Source: Craspedostauros australis (lineage: Eukaryota). Taken from it: a DNA stretch of 59,300 nucleotides. Numbering within the stretch: the stretch's first letter is position 1; each line of letters opens with the position of its first letter. This document shows positions 47,316-59,085 of this stretch, piece after piece. The notes beneath the pieces were generated by a model that did not search any database, had not been told where the DNA came from, and saw nothing but the letters and a program-made list of their open reading frames with translations. The translations under genes were made by a program, and so were the position numbers. The stretch is from the NCBI GenBank assembly GCA_030167865.1, contig JALAGF010003442.1:1-59300 (forward strand), in the 5' to 3' direction.

Positions 47316-48254
47316 TTATGCCTTCTGGTAGAAGTAATCATCGAGATCGGGGATTCCGCACGAATCCTGCAGGTATCCGGACACCATCAGCTGCCCCCAG
47401 GCCTGGGAGAGGGCCGGCCCACCACGATTCTGACACAGCTTGGTCTTCTTCACGAGGTCGAAATACCGACGAGAGCTGCGGCCGTACTCCTCCTTCTGCG
47501 TGGGACCAGGTGCTGGGATCAACCTCATCTCCCCGCTCAATCCGGTGGCTTCGTTCAGCAGCGTGAAGAATTCGTTCAGCGCAACGCGGCCATCCTCCCA
47601 TCCATTCTCAGCCTTCACGATCAACGACGAATCGATCTCGATGGGCAGATCCTTGCGGTACCCGCTCACGGCCTTGCTCACGGTCCGCATGGCGCGCTCG
47701 AACTTGAACTGGGCGTCCCGCATGTCGTCCGAAAAGTCGGGCGGCAAGCTCAGCAGCAGGATGCGCATGGGATTCACGAAATCGCGTTCGATGCGCGACG
47801 GGTTGCCCTGCCCCTTGTTGTTGTAGTTCTCGAACAGCTGATTGATCTCACCCCACTTGTCAATGTCGGTCAGCTTGGATTGCAGATCGAAGACGTAGAA
47901 GTCGGCGGCGATGGTCAGCGGGATGCGGTACTGCAGGTACGAGCGCACGGCTTCCGGTGGGAGGTCCGGCAGGTTGCCGCTGGAGGCGTTCGTCGCGGTG
48001 AAGGCATCGGCCGTCTGCGGGGTGCTCAGCAGCGCAGCGGAGCCGATCGCGGCGGCCGGCAGCGAGGCCAGGAAGTTCCTGCGACCGCTTGCCATGTCCT
48101 CACTTTGCGCATCCGCAATTGCGCGCATGGCTGTTGCGGGTGTCTTCGCGGCGGGGTTGACACCGACATTGAAGGCGGATGCTGTGGGCGCATTTACTGC
48201 CAATCCCACGCACATGCCAAATGCGGCGGCGGCTGTAGCTGTGCTGAACTTCAT
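47316..48254 (-). CDS. Uncharacterised protein, predicted thylakoid lumen (signal + transit + Tat peptide)
   Basis: Signal peptide ending ASAF, then twin-arginine SGRRNFL, a hydrophobic core and an A-D-A cleavage site; strong coding-type codon usage. Confidence 0.82.
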   Translation of the reverse strand: MKFSTATAAAAFGMCVGLAVNAPTASAFNVGVNPAAKTPATAMRAIADAQSEDMASGRRNFLASLPAAAIGSAALLSTPQTADAFTATNASSGNLPDLPPEAVRSYLQYRIPLTIAADFYVFDLQSKLTDIDKWGEINQLFENYNNKGQGNPSRIERDFVNPMRILLLSLPPDFSDDMRDAQFKFERAMRTVSKAVSGYRKDLPIEIDSSLIVKAENGWEDGRVALNEFFTLLNEATGLSGEMRLIPAPGPTQKEEYGRSSRRYFDLVKKTKLCQNRGGPALSQAWGQLMVSGYLQDSCGIPDLDDYFYQKA

Positions 48255-50328
48255 GTCTTTTTCGAAAGCCGAGCAGAGGAGAGAAGGGAAGAGGACTCTG
48301 GAGTTGTATTGACGGTCTCAAATGATTCGTTGCGGCGTCGATTCTACTTGCGGGCAGCGATGTATGACAAGGGTGGCGGGTGCTTCAGATGGTCCAGAGG
48401 CTTCTCTTGTTGTTGCTCTGTGATCCGGACATGTGAGAGCGGAAGCGTTGGATGTGACGATCCATGCGGTTATTCCCCACCAGGCCGCGACGAAAGATCG
48501 AACGAAACGACCAGCGAACACTGACGATTTCGTGTCAACACAGAAGATACAATTACTCACACGCGCTGACGTCGTGGATGACACCAACCGCAGGCGCGGA
48601 AGCAGTCGAGGTGGTCATCTGGCGCCAATTCCCAAACGGCACGCTGATCCGCGACTTGTTTCTGTGATGATCAAACCCCATCAAACCGAGCAATGCCTTC
48701 CTCTTGCTTTGAAGGTACACATGGAATTGCGCTTTCGTCCTATGGCACAGTGCCGGAATCTCCTTGCTTCTGTGCGTGCTGTTGGTGCTGTTGTTGCTGC
48801 CGTCGCAGATACATGCTCTACCGCCGATTGTAACTGTGGGAGTTGATGGGAAAGAATCTTCCCCGAGAGTGGAGCAGAACAATAGTAGAACAGTAGATTG
48901 GAGACAGTTGCTGCAGGATCATCGATCGACCACCTGTGGTGTCACGCACAATATGATTATATTTCACAGCCGAACGTGTGGCCTTCATCAATTCATATTC
49001 GCGATTACCTTTTGTGTTCCTCCTTGATGTCCCCATGTGCTTCCGAAAGGGAGGGGCCTTGGTGGGTGATGCGAGTGATGAACATTATGGAAGCACCTCT
49101 ATTCGCTTGCATAGAGAAAGTTCGAATGGCGGCGTATGAGGTTGCGAGCGGGGGTTACGGGTCTGGTGTTTCACTATTGAAGAAGACTACATGGGCGCAG
49201 GTGCATGCAGATGGGACTGACTCAATACCTTCGAGCATGGAACTGTAATGTTACATGTCTTCCGACTGAAGTCATGGCACATGACAAGTGATAGCATGGA
49301 TATTACTAGCACTGTACAGAACCATGTCATTGTATTATATATTGCTCTTCGTACTCTGCGTTATGTGCATGTCGAGCAGACGAAACTTGGCTCGTACTGC
49401 GTAATATACGTACAACTAGTTAGCCGTCTTGCTTCAATGAGCAGGCCGACCATTGCGTCGCGCTCTCTGTTCCACGGTTCCACGATCCATCTCGCAGTAG
49501 AGTAGCGCAAAGTAGGTCGTAAGTGCACAAACGCAACACGGAACGTACAAATGCGAAATGGTGTGATGCAAAGAGGTACTCGTGCCTATGTGAGCCATTC
49601 GGCCTCCTCCAGAGGCATCGGTCGTTCATGCCCGTATTCAGCATCAACGAAGTTTGCGCATCAACCTTCATGTCAAGAGGCTGGCATCGCCAACCACATC
49701 ACATCACAGCGCAACGAGATGATCACGCGGCAACGCCAAATGAGAAACAGCCAAAAGCCAAAGGGCGCTGTGGATTTGTGGCCACGTGAATTTTGCAGTT
49801 GGTTTCGGTGTTCTGTCGTTGCATTCCGCCGCAGAATGACCAATTGTGCGACGTGTTGGCGCCAAGACGCATATGAACCTCAATACCGCGGAGTATTCTC
49901 CGCGTTCTCCAGAATAAGTGAAGGTTACAACTAAGAGATCATCGCGGAAAAAGACTTTCCCCGAGGCGAATTTGTCGGTTGTTTCTTGCCAAGGTTCTCA
50001 CAAAATGGACATGGTCACAAAAACGACAACAACCAACAAACTCCGAAATGATCACACACCAGCGCACACGCATCACGTCAACCCACGCTGGACTTGTCTC
50101 GCTCACATTTCTACTGCTCTCCCATTCACATCGTCCATTCAAGCAAAACGCCTTTTCCTGCCTCTTGCTTCAAGCATTCAGGCCGCACGAAAGGACACTT
50201 CATGCTCATAAACTCAAGCAATCGACACAAAACGACAGCCACCAACCAAACACCCATTCGGCTTCGACCAGCACCTTTTTGCACACGTTCCTTCTTCCTC
50301 ACTTCAGACCCAATCTCCTCGCTCCAAC

Positions 50329-51174
50329 ATGAAAAGCCAAAACAGACACAACACCATCGCTCGCATCAACCCAGCAGCAGCAGCAGCAGCAGCAACCGCA
50401 ACAGCATCAAGAGCAACCGCAACGTACCAAGTCAGCAGAAAGGTTCCAAAACTTTCGAGACACCGATCACAAAGACAGGTCCACACCTACAACACCGGCC
50501 TCAACTCACAATCAGCCACCATGATCCAAGTCATCCGCCCACGCAGCGCATCTGTCGATACCTCCGCAACCCCAACAGCATCCGACTATCCCGTCGCTGC
50601 ACAGCAGAAGAAGAAGCAGACAAAGCGCGTCACCTTCAAAGACAAGGCACGCCAGAGGAAGCACATTCACATCAACAACTACACCGACGGCGAATACGAA
50701 TCAGCCTGGTACACCGACGAGGAGTACAAGATGATCAAGTCGTCCGCCAGCACCACCATCCAGCTCATGTCTCTCGCTGGTGGCAAATTCCAAGAAACTG
50801 AAGAGCTGTCGAGCCGCGGCCTCGAGAAGTACCTCAGCTCCAAAGAGATCGTTCGCACGAGGAATCGTATCACGAGAGCGATCATCCAGGAGCAGAACCG
50901 GCAATGGGCGTACAACTACGCCGACGATGAGGAGATTGCTTCCATCTACGCACAACTCTCCAAGAAGTCAGCGATGCGCGCCAGAGAACTCGGAATGATG
51001 GACGAGCACTTCGCCAAAGCTCACAACCGCTTCGGACGAGGAACGAGGCGCGGCGTTCAACGCAGCCACACAACGCAGTCGTTGCCATCTACCAACAGGG
51101 GCGTCCGGCAGCTGATGCGACGGCAATCCTCAAGGGCGCTCACAGGATCAAAGTCGAAGCAGAGTTTCAAATGA
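50329..51174 (+). CDS. Diatom-type uncharacterised protein (RVxF / WY / RGLE / EQxxQ family); start may be ATG 50521
   Basis: KRVTF...AWYTDEEY..IK...RGLE...IIQEQNRQ...EEIASIY...S...A...G..D, a pattern I recognise from expanded diatom hypothetical proteins. Confidence 0.75.
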   Translation: MKSQNRHNTIARINPAAAAAAATATASRATATYQVSRKVPKLSRHRSQRQVHTYNTGLNSQSATMIQVIRPRSASVDTSATPTASDYPVAAQQKKKQTKRVTFKDKARQRKHIHINNYTDGEYESAWYTDEEYKMIKSSASTTIQLMSLAGGKFQETEELSSRGLEKYLSSKEIVRTRNRITRAIIQEQNRQWAYNYADDEEIASIYAQLSKKSAMRARELGMMDEHFAKAHNRFGRGTRRGVQRSHTTQSLPSTNRGVRQLMRRQSSRALTGSKSKQSFK

Positions 51175-52099
51175 GCACTGGTGGACGTCATTTCTGGGCA
51201 TCACGCTATCCGCATGATGCACGCAACACACGAAGGTATTGGGTGGAGAGGGGAAAACAAACATGTCGCCGCCCGAACGTCAGCCGCTCCGTGCTGTGCC
51301 CGCTGATATGCAGCGGGAACACAAACGGGAACAGCAGGCACAAGTACCCCCGCCAAACAAAGGGGAGAATGAATGGATGTATCAGCCGTGGATACACACA
51401 CGCCTACACCGACTGACATGTGAGTACTCAACACAAACTTGATGCAAAAGCAGCAATCGTAGCTAACGTGATAGCACGAGAACCGCATGGCATCTCATGA
51501 ATACTGGTAGACGACTCGCCCAGCGCTAGCAGGTTTGAGATGATGTGACCCAAGGGCCATCGTTCTGGGAACAACCACAGCAGAGATGCCCACGCATTTC
51601 CAAACGCCATCAGCAACGGGCACAGCCATCACTATAGCCGCTTCCTTCAACAGCATCTCTCTAGCTACACTTGTCATCAATCAAGGGCATGGCCAAGATC
51701 GCAGCTATACCTAAACTCAAATCAACACCCAAATATACATGCATACTCTAATAGAAACAAACAAAATACAATGCAACGCAGTACAATGCAATGCAATACA
51801 ATACAGCAATGAAAAGAACAGGGTACCCACAGCACCGCGGCATATACTCCTTCAGTCTGTGTGGCCAGGCTGTTAGTGCGGCAAAACCCTTTCCGCTACT
51901 GTGGCCTCATTCCACTACTAGAGGCATCTCTCATTGGCATTGCCTGCGCTCTTCCCTGATCGCAACCTCGACCTTAATTTCAACCTCAATTTCAACCTCA
52001 AGCTAATTTACAATATGATACAATGCTCCAGCGGTGCTCTATCTTAATTCTATTCGTATAATATAATCGTACGTAGTCATGTACTTCTCTGTCTGCTTG

Positions 52100-53425
52100 T
52101 TAAAAGGCCTGCTGCTCAAGGAGCACCGGTCCATGAAGGAGGAAGAACAAGGCATTTGCTCTTCTCGCGGCATTCACCGTTTGCAACCTCGGGCTGTCCA
52201 TGGCATACGATATGCGTTGGGCGCGTTCCAGTACTGTGGGCCACAAGTGATGAGGAATTGATCGTTCGTCCTGCATCAGCAACCGGCGCCCTGCTCTATT
52301 GAGCTCAACCATGTACTGGAGGTCGAAGAAGTGGGGGCATCCTGACGGCAGCTCCAGCAGTTCGATCGTGACATTACCTCTCAATGCCTCCAGAAGAGCC
52401 GTCGCACCTCTCTCGCCAAACTTATTCCCTCTCAGCTTCAGACTCTTGAGGCCATTGATTCGTCGCAGCCATTTGGAGAACTCGACAATGGCATCGTCGT
52501 CGATGCCTGTCAAGCTCAGGTCCAGCCTACGGATGGTGGGGTTGGCGAGCAGGGCCCGCCCCAACATGTCCATTCTGTCCAGCTGGACGATGTCGGGAAG
52601 AAAGGTGTACGAGATGGACCGAGGCAGGCGGTTGGTAATGAGACATGAGGCATCGAAGGCTCCCGTGGTGTGAATACGGACCGACTTGAGCCGGGGCAGG
52701 CCTCTCTTGAAGGTCGATCGCAAGGATTTGACAACGTATGCCATGTTCTCCACGTACAGCACGAGCTTCTTCAGCCGCATATGGTGGGAGATGCTGCGGA
52801 GGAGGTACTTGATCCCGTCGTCGCCAATGCCGTTGCATGCCACTTCGAGCCGTTGCAAACTGGTGTTGCAGTGGAGCCCCTTGAGTAGCCTCGCGAACGA
52901 TCGGTGGCTGACGATGCCTTGATATTTCCAGCAGAAGGACTCCAGTCTGGAGGTCATCTCCAAGCCATGCATCAAGCATTCTGCGAGATGGCTGGACAGA
53001 TACGAGCCGGTGATCGAGAGCGACCTGAGATTGTCGTGTTTCGCGAAGGCATTCAGCAAGCACGTGGATGCCTGCGCTGAAAAATCCAAGCAGTCCAGCG
53101 AGATCTTGGACACCCGAGGGGTCTCACTGCAGAGGATGGCCAGCGCGTCGTCGACCTTGCCCTTGCACGAGAACAAGGTGATCGAGTCGAAGTTCATGTT
53201 CTGCAGACCAAGGAGCGAGTCGATGATCTCGTCATTAAACTCCACCATGAAGAAGTTGAGCACCTGATACCTTGTTGGATACTGCAGCACACGCTGCCGC
53301 ACCTTGTCAAGGTCCTGGAGCGTACCATCATGGGAGACCCACAGATTGAAGATGCTGCTGGTCCCACCTCCGGAATCTCGCCCCTTTCCTCTGCTGCTTC
53401 GGACACGTCGTGTCGGAGGTATCAT
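52100..53425 (-). CDS. RNI-like leucine-rich repeat protein
   Basis: LRRs NTSLQRLEV..NGIGDDGI, NPTIRRLDLSLTGIDDDAI, LKSLKLRGNKFGERGA; C-terminal LNRAGRRLL...LWPTVL...LFFLL cap typical of diatom LRR expansions. Confidence 0.85.
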   Translation of the reverse strand: MIPPTRRVRSSRGKGRDSGGGTSSIFNLWVSHDGTLQDLDKVRQRVLQYPTRYQVLNFFMVEFNDEIIDSLLGLQNMNFDSITLFSCKGKVDDALAILCSETPRVSKISLDCLDFSAQASTCLLNAFAKHDNLRSLSITGSYLSSHLAECLMHGLEMTSRLESFCWKYQGIVSHRSFARLLKGLHCNTSLQRLEVACNGIGDDGIKYLLRSISHHMRLKKLVLYVENMAYVVKSLRSTFKRGLPRLKSVRIHTTGAFDASCLITNRLPRSISYTFLPDIVQLDRMDMLGRALLANPTIRRLDLSLTGIDDDAIVEFSKWLRRINGLKSLKLRGNKFGERGATALLEALRGNVTIELLELPSGCPHFFDLQYMVELNRAGRRLLMQDERSIPHHLWPTVLERAQRISYAMDSPRLQTVNAARRANALFFLLHGPVLLEQQAF

Positions 53426-54375
53426 GGTCGTTGTCGGCGGCGGTAAAGTTGTTTTCTGCTATACTGCGGAGTGCGCGCAATTCCAGTGTTGGTGCTCTTG
53501 CTTTGCTTTGCCTTGCTTTGTTGTCACTCTTGCCTCTTCTGTCTGATTTTGCTCTCACAATGCTTGCGCTGGGTCTTGACTTGTGGACGGAGCTTATGGA
53601 CTGATGAAGACTGATGAAATGATGGCATTGATGGCGCACGTGGAGACTATGATTGGTATTGACGGCGGTGGCGGCAGCGGAATTGGCGTCGGCGTCGATG
53701 CTGCTGCTCCGATTGACTTCGTGCTTCGTGTCGCATCTGCTGTGTTGCATCTGCTGTCCTGACCACCGTATCGGTCTCCACTTCTCATCGTTTTCTCTTC
53801 GTGTGGGGCGCCAACACCGGAACGGAAGTCCAATGTGCGATTCTTGTTCTCTTCTCTTGATCCTGGAGTCTTCTTCCATCGCGACCACCACCAGCATTCA
53901 GCCTCTGGAATGGATGAACACATGACTTGGACAGCCTGCATCGACGAAGGGTAAATCAGCACCCATGGAACAGTTCCATGACGCAAAGTCGTATCATTCG
54001 GGGATCTGCTGTCGAGCAGACAGTACCTTTTGTCAGGAGGCCACCAACAGCTGCCGCTCGATCAATCACCAACGGTTCGGCAGTGACCTTGTACGAATGT
54101 CAAACATCACAAAACACGAGAGCAGGCACAACAGTGGACTGCACAATTGCGAACCCACATGCACGAATGGCGAACAGTTGAGTCTCACTTGGGTCGAATG
54201 GATCGATCGTTTGAGTTGTCGGATCGACTCGTCCGAACAATCAGGATACAAAGCGGAGACAAGGAAGAAGGGTTTCGCCAACACCTACCCCCAAACAGAA
54301 AGGAAATCTACGTCTGTGGATGCTTCAATCGTTGTTTATTTGAGTGACAAATCTCTCGAAGAGCAGAGCATCAAC

Positions 54376-54435
54376 GAGTACAAGCACAAGCACGAGCACG
54401 AGTACCAGTACGAGTACGAGTACAACTACAACTAC
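54376..54435 (+). repeat. Degenerate hexamer tandem repeat (GAGTAC/AAGCAC/AACTAC, 10 units)
   Basis: Read directly from the sequence. Confidence 0.8.
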
Positions 54436-56094
54436 TCCATGTAGGTACGTGCAATAGTCGGAGGTGGTAGACAGTGCCCTGGATACTTATGACGCAGATT
54501 CCCATCTGCCTGCTGCGCTGCGCTGCAAAATCGCAAATCGTCAATTGCTTGGGTGCGGGGTCCTCATACTCTGCTGATTGCCGGTTTCGCGTTCACGCCA
54601 CTGCCAGCAGAATCAACGACGAACCACTTCAGGCAAACTTCGGCAAGGTCGGCCATGTAGCAACATACGTGTGTAGTATGTAGTAGCACCATGCAATATG
54701 CCACACTGAATCATGCAGGTGGGACAGGCATTTGCATCGCTGCCGTCAGTGATGAGAGGGAGGAGCGGTGATGTGCGAGAACAAGTGATCACAGTTCAAC
54801 CTTTTGGCTTTCATGGACGGCTTGTCGTGGTTGCTCTTGAGGCCGCTTCTTCCAGTCGCCTACATATCCCACACACCTTTCACATCCTCCACACTTATCC
54901 CACAAATCGACAAATCGGGAAGACACATCATCACGATTGTAACGACAATGATGGACTTTGATATTGCAACAGCTTTACAACAAACACTGCAACAGTAATC
55001 TTTGTCCTGTTGGCACTTATCTTGAGGTGGACTATCGTCGCCTCAAACAGACCACCTGCAAAGGATGTTCCCATGAACGTTCCTGTTGGATTCATGGAGA
55101 CAGTTGGATTCGTGCGATGTTTGCTGACACAATTCGGTGACAGAAGCCTAGCAAACTTCCAGTTTCGGGATATCCGCTTGATGCAGTTCACACAGCGTGA
55201 GCTTTACAAAGTAGAGAAATAGAACAATGAACAAGAGTGATGTTTTTTGTACTAATCTCATGATTGTTTTATGAGTTTGTTAGTTGTAGTAGTAAGATGA
55301 AGAAATGATGTTCACACAGTTGACACGACTCTGCGCTGATCCTTGTGGTTCAGTGTGGAGGACAGGCCACTGCTTCTTCCACTTTGTCTTCAATCTATTG
55401 TTGCTATGCAATGTAGATCATAACACATGGTATTCTGTCAAAGTTGAATTCAAGTGGTTGCTTCTGTTGTTGCCAGGATGTGCTATTAGATTCCCTGCTG
55501 TTGTTGAAGCAGGTTGGATCTCCAATGCACTGTCATCATGATGCTGTCGGTGTTGTAGATAGAAAGGGAATCGAGAAGGTTTGCAATTCAAAAGATCAGG
55601 AGAGCATATATCACCCAGAGAGTTTGAATCCGATCGATCATGGTGCAGATATAGGGAATGATTCATTGATGAAGAGGAAGAGAAGAAGGAGGGCATCGCA
55701 GTCATCGGGGTCGGATTGGTTGTGATGTCATTTTTTGCATCCAAGTGGGACACCAGACGTTTAAGATAGTCTGTCCCTAATTGAAGTCCAACTCACTCCA
55801 TGAACTTTCGAAATGGCTGAAATCATGAATTTCGGCCTTCCTGAGCCTTCTATTGAGATTTTCTGAAAAAGAGACCCAAACACAAACAACAACAAAAACA
55901 ACAAGCACCAGAAGCGACAACAGCAACAACGACGACAAGAATGACTGTGGCGGCAATGGCCAAACACAACCGACGCATTCGAAAGACGAAGAACGGAGAG
56001 AAACAAACAGGCACACTCTGGAGCGAAGGAACCAACAAGGACAACAACAGCGAGGCCATAACGATCCCCATCATTCTGAACCTACCGCAGCAAG

Positions 56095-56805
56095 ATGAGC
56101 TACCGCGACGACCATGACAGCGCAGGCGAAGAGGAGGAGGAATTGCCGCAGGAGGTGGCCGAGCTGATGCAAGCCAATGTCCCCACCGCGATGAGAGGCA
56201 TTCGTGCCTGTAAACGATGCGGTTTGCTCAAGACGATGGATCAATTCATGAACGACGGCTGCGACAACTGCCCGTTCTTGGACATGGTGAGCAGGAGTGA
56301 TTCGTGGCGCTGCGATGCCGCAATTTTCGGTGTACTTTGTGCGATGCTCTGGTGTGCGGCTGAGCAGCGCAAGCAACGCGACGATGGGGATTCATTTGAA
56401 GTTCACAATGGCACGACGGCCACTGAACAATGAACTAACCATGGTCTCTCGTTTACTCTCAATATTCGAATCCTTTGCACGCATTTCCACTATCATGCAA
56501 TATCATGCTGGATTCCTCCCTCGGTTGGTACGCTCGGATGCTGCGTGTGACGACTGCACAACTTCTTCGTTTGGACATTCAAGGTGGAAAATCCAGAACG
56601 ATGCGGCCTCTGCACGACGGCATTCTTTGAAGGTCAATGCGCCATCATGGATCCAAGGGAGAGCTGGGCCGCCAAATGGATACGGTGCGATGGATATCTG
56701 CCGGGCGTTTACGCCATCAGCGTGACAGGTCAGTTCGATCGGGAAATCGAGGAGGATTTGGAAAACAGAGGCATTCGATGGAGATGCCGACCGGCGCCGA
56801 ATTAG
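56095..56805 (+). CDS. SPT4: Transcription elongation factor Spt4; 2 exons, 137 aa
   Basis: RACKRCGLLKT.DQF...GCDNC, CTTAFFEG, MDPRESWAAKW, PGVYAISVTG. Phase-0 intron 56287-56583 (GTGAGC...AAG). Confidence 0.95.
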
Positions 56806-57435
56806 CGATCTTTCCTCGAGCACGAGCATGCACATAGATCGTGCAGATCGCAGATCTAGTTCGTACGGTTGGCACATAGAGCACGTCGCGTTGATCGACT
56901 TTCAACTTCTGCCAACCTCGTCTGACTACCAGAGTCTGAAGAGCGTTCTTTGCGTAGCATCAGCAACAACAAGTGGGGTTGATGTGCGACTATGTGGGAT
57001 GGAGCAGTTGGAGATACATTGCATGTGGTATAATAGATGCTTCGGCAGCATAACATAATAGTTCGTCGTGTAGTCTACGATGAAGCATCGTCAAGTGCCA
57101 GCACCTCAGTTCGTCAACACATGTCCATGAATTTCGTGATTTCGTTGCATGTGGTGGTTTGGACTACCCGAAAAAGTGTGCATTCGGATCCGGCGAAATA
57201 TGCTACGCTCATCAAAGCTAGAGAGAGATGCGTAAGAAGAACAATTCGCGGGACACAAAAAATGACCAAAAAATGATGACGTACACACCAACAAACTCAG
57301 AATGATGAAACGCACGATACTTGTTCGTCTGCGATTCTCGATGCGCATCTGGCCACCCCATCCCATCTCATTTCCTTCCTCCCATACCACAACACTCTCC
57401 TCGTGCTCTCCTCTACACGACCAGCACAACCAATC

Positions 57436-59085
57436 ATGGCAACAAGCAATTGTAGAAGTATGAGCACAGCACACCAGCGACCGCTGCATTCACGCAGGAT
57501 CGCTCCCACCAAGGTGCTCCTGCATCTCGCCGTCCTAATCGCCTCCATCCAAGTCAGCGCCGGTTTCCAAACGTCACCAAAGCAGATAGCGACAACGACG
57601 ACGAATGCACGGCCAAAGGCCTACCAGTCGCAGCGCCTCTTCGTCCAATCCACATCCGATGATCCTGCGACGACGCAGAAGACAGCGGAGGCCGCCGTCG
57701 ACTTTGCGGCACTGCGCAGTCTCAGCAACTGCCAGACGGCCGCGTCGGCGCATGCCATGCTGTCGAAGACGCTGGGTGGCAACGCGAAGGCGCTGTACGG
57801 ATCCGTCCAAATCCCCGTCGGCGCCTCGGATCGCGGCATCTCCGATGGCGATCTGGCCATCCAGACGAAGGTGCGCAACAAGAAGTACGGCGTGTTCAAC
57901 GTCATCGATCTGAACGGCGACAAGGACGCCGACCGCGCCTCCGCTGGCGTGCTGGGCATCTTCCTTGCCAGCAGCCTTTCGGCCATCGCCGCCAACCAGA
58001 ATCTGCCGGGTCCCGAAATCGTGCGTTTCGCCGTCGTCTGGTTGCTCAGCTTTGCTCCGCTAGCATTGGTTGGATACGGCATCGCGACACCTGACAAGCT
58101 GCAAACGCTGTTGGTATCGTTGCAACGCAATCTGTTTCTGGCGTACCGCCAGCGGATGATCCAGCACGAGGCGGGCCATTTCCTGATCGCCCACCTTCTT
58201 GGGTTTCCCATTCAGGGGTACTCGGCGAACGCTGTGAAGAATGCGGTGGAGTTCTATCCGCTCAACGATCCATCCGCGGGATCCAACCGTGCGAAGCAGC
58301 TTGGATTCGATGGTCAGGCCGTGCAATCGGATGATGGGAGCGGGTGGGTGGATGCCATTTCGTCCGCCTCCGCGGATGCGTCGTACTTCAGCAAGGATGG
58401 TCGAGGTTCCGATCTGATCGAGACGAGATCGGTCTTCCGCAAGGACAAGAACTACACTGACAACCCATTCCTCAAACTGCCAACGGAGAATGATCCATCC
58501 TTGGCATGGCCATACCGAGGTTTCGACCACGCAGCTATCGACCGACTGGCCGCCGTCAGTCTTGCTGGGGTGGCAGCTGAGATCATCGCGTTCGGTAACG
58601 CAGAGGGAGGTGTCGCCGACTTCAGCCAGCTGCGAGCCTTCTTCTCCGCTGCCGAACCAGAACTCACCGAGCGTGAGACGGAGAGCCGCATCCGGTTCTC
58701 CATCGGATTTACCATGACTCAGCTCAGGTTGCATCTTGGTGCCCTGGATGACCTGGCGGCTGTCATGGAAAGGGGCGGCACCATTGCAGAATGCGTGGAA
58801 GCGATCGAATCCTGCACCAACGTCAATGGTTATGACGGCATATTTGGTGATTCCGAGCTGCGCAGGCGTACTGCATTCCGCGAGAAGGGTTTCAACATCC
58901 TCGAAAAGTTGCTGCTGGGCGAGAAGACGGTGGACACAGAAGAGAACAGATTCGTGGAGGGAAGAGGTGGAGGCTACAAAGAGGAGACTGGATTCGGAAA
59001 AATATCTGAAATGATTACGGGAGATGATCCATTGTACATTGCCGCCGGTATCGCACTGCTCTTCGTCGCCTGGGGAACACGGTAA
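57436..59085 (+). CDS. Plastid membrane zinc protease, FtsH M41-like domain without AAA module
   Basis: HEAGH motif, LAGVAAE, EGG..D; two upstream hydrophobic segments; leader ending VSAGF; no Walker A motif. The 3' end could continue through a splice near 59082. Confidence 0.82.
   Translation: MATSNCRSMSTAHQRPLHSRRIAPTKVLLHLAVLIASIQVSAGFQTSPKQIATTTTNARPKAYQSQRLFVQSTSDDPATTQKTAEAAVDFAALRSLSNCQTAASAHAMLSKTLGGNAKALYGSVQIPVGASDRGISDGDLAIQTKVRNKKYGVFNVIDLNGDKDADRASAGVLGIFLASSLSAIAANQNLPGPEIVRFAVVWLLSFAPLALVGYGIATPDKLQTLLVSLQRNLFLAYRQRMIQHEAGHFLIAHLLGFPIQGYSANAVKNAVEFYPLNDPSAGSNRAKQLGFDGQAVQSDDGSGWVDAISSASADASYFSKDGRGSDLIETRSVFRKDKNYTDNPFLKLPTENDPSLAWPYRGFDHAAIDRLAAVSLAGVAAEIIAFGNAEGGVADFSQLRAFFSAAEPELTERETESRIRFSIGFTMTQLRLHLGALDDLAAVMERGGTIAECVEAIESCTNVNGYDGIFGDSELRRRTAFREKGFNILEKLLLGEKTVDTEENRFVEGRGGGYKEETGFGKISEMITGDDPLYIAAGIALLFVAWGTR

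Noticed and set aside
47100-48524. 474-aa plus-strand ORF, and similar antisense ORFs at 16727, 17976, 19245, 21704, 35264 and 58060
   Set aside because: All lie opposite well-supported genes and lack domain signatures.
57038-57052. GCTTCGGCAGCA resembling the U6 snRNA 5' stem
   Set aside because: No downstream ACAGAGA box or remaining U6 sequence.
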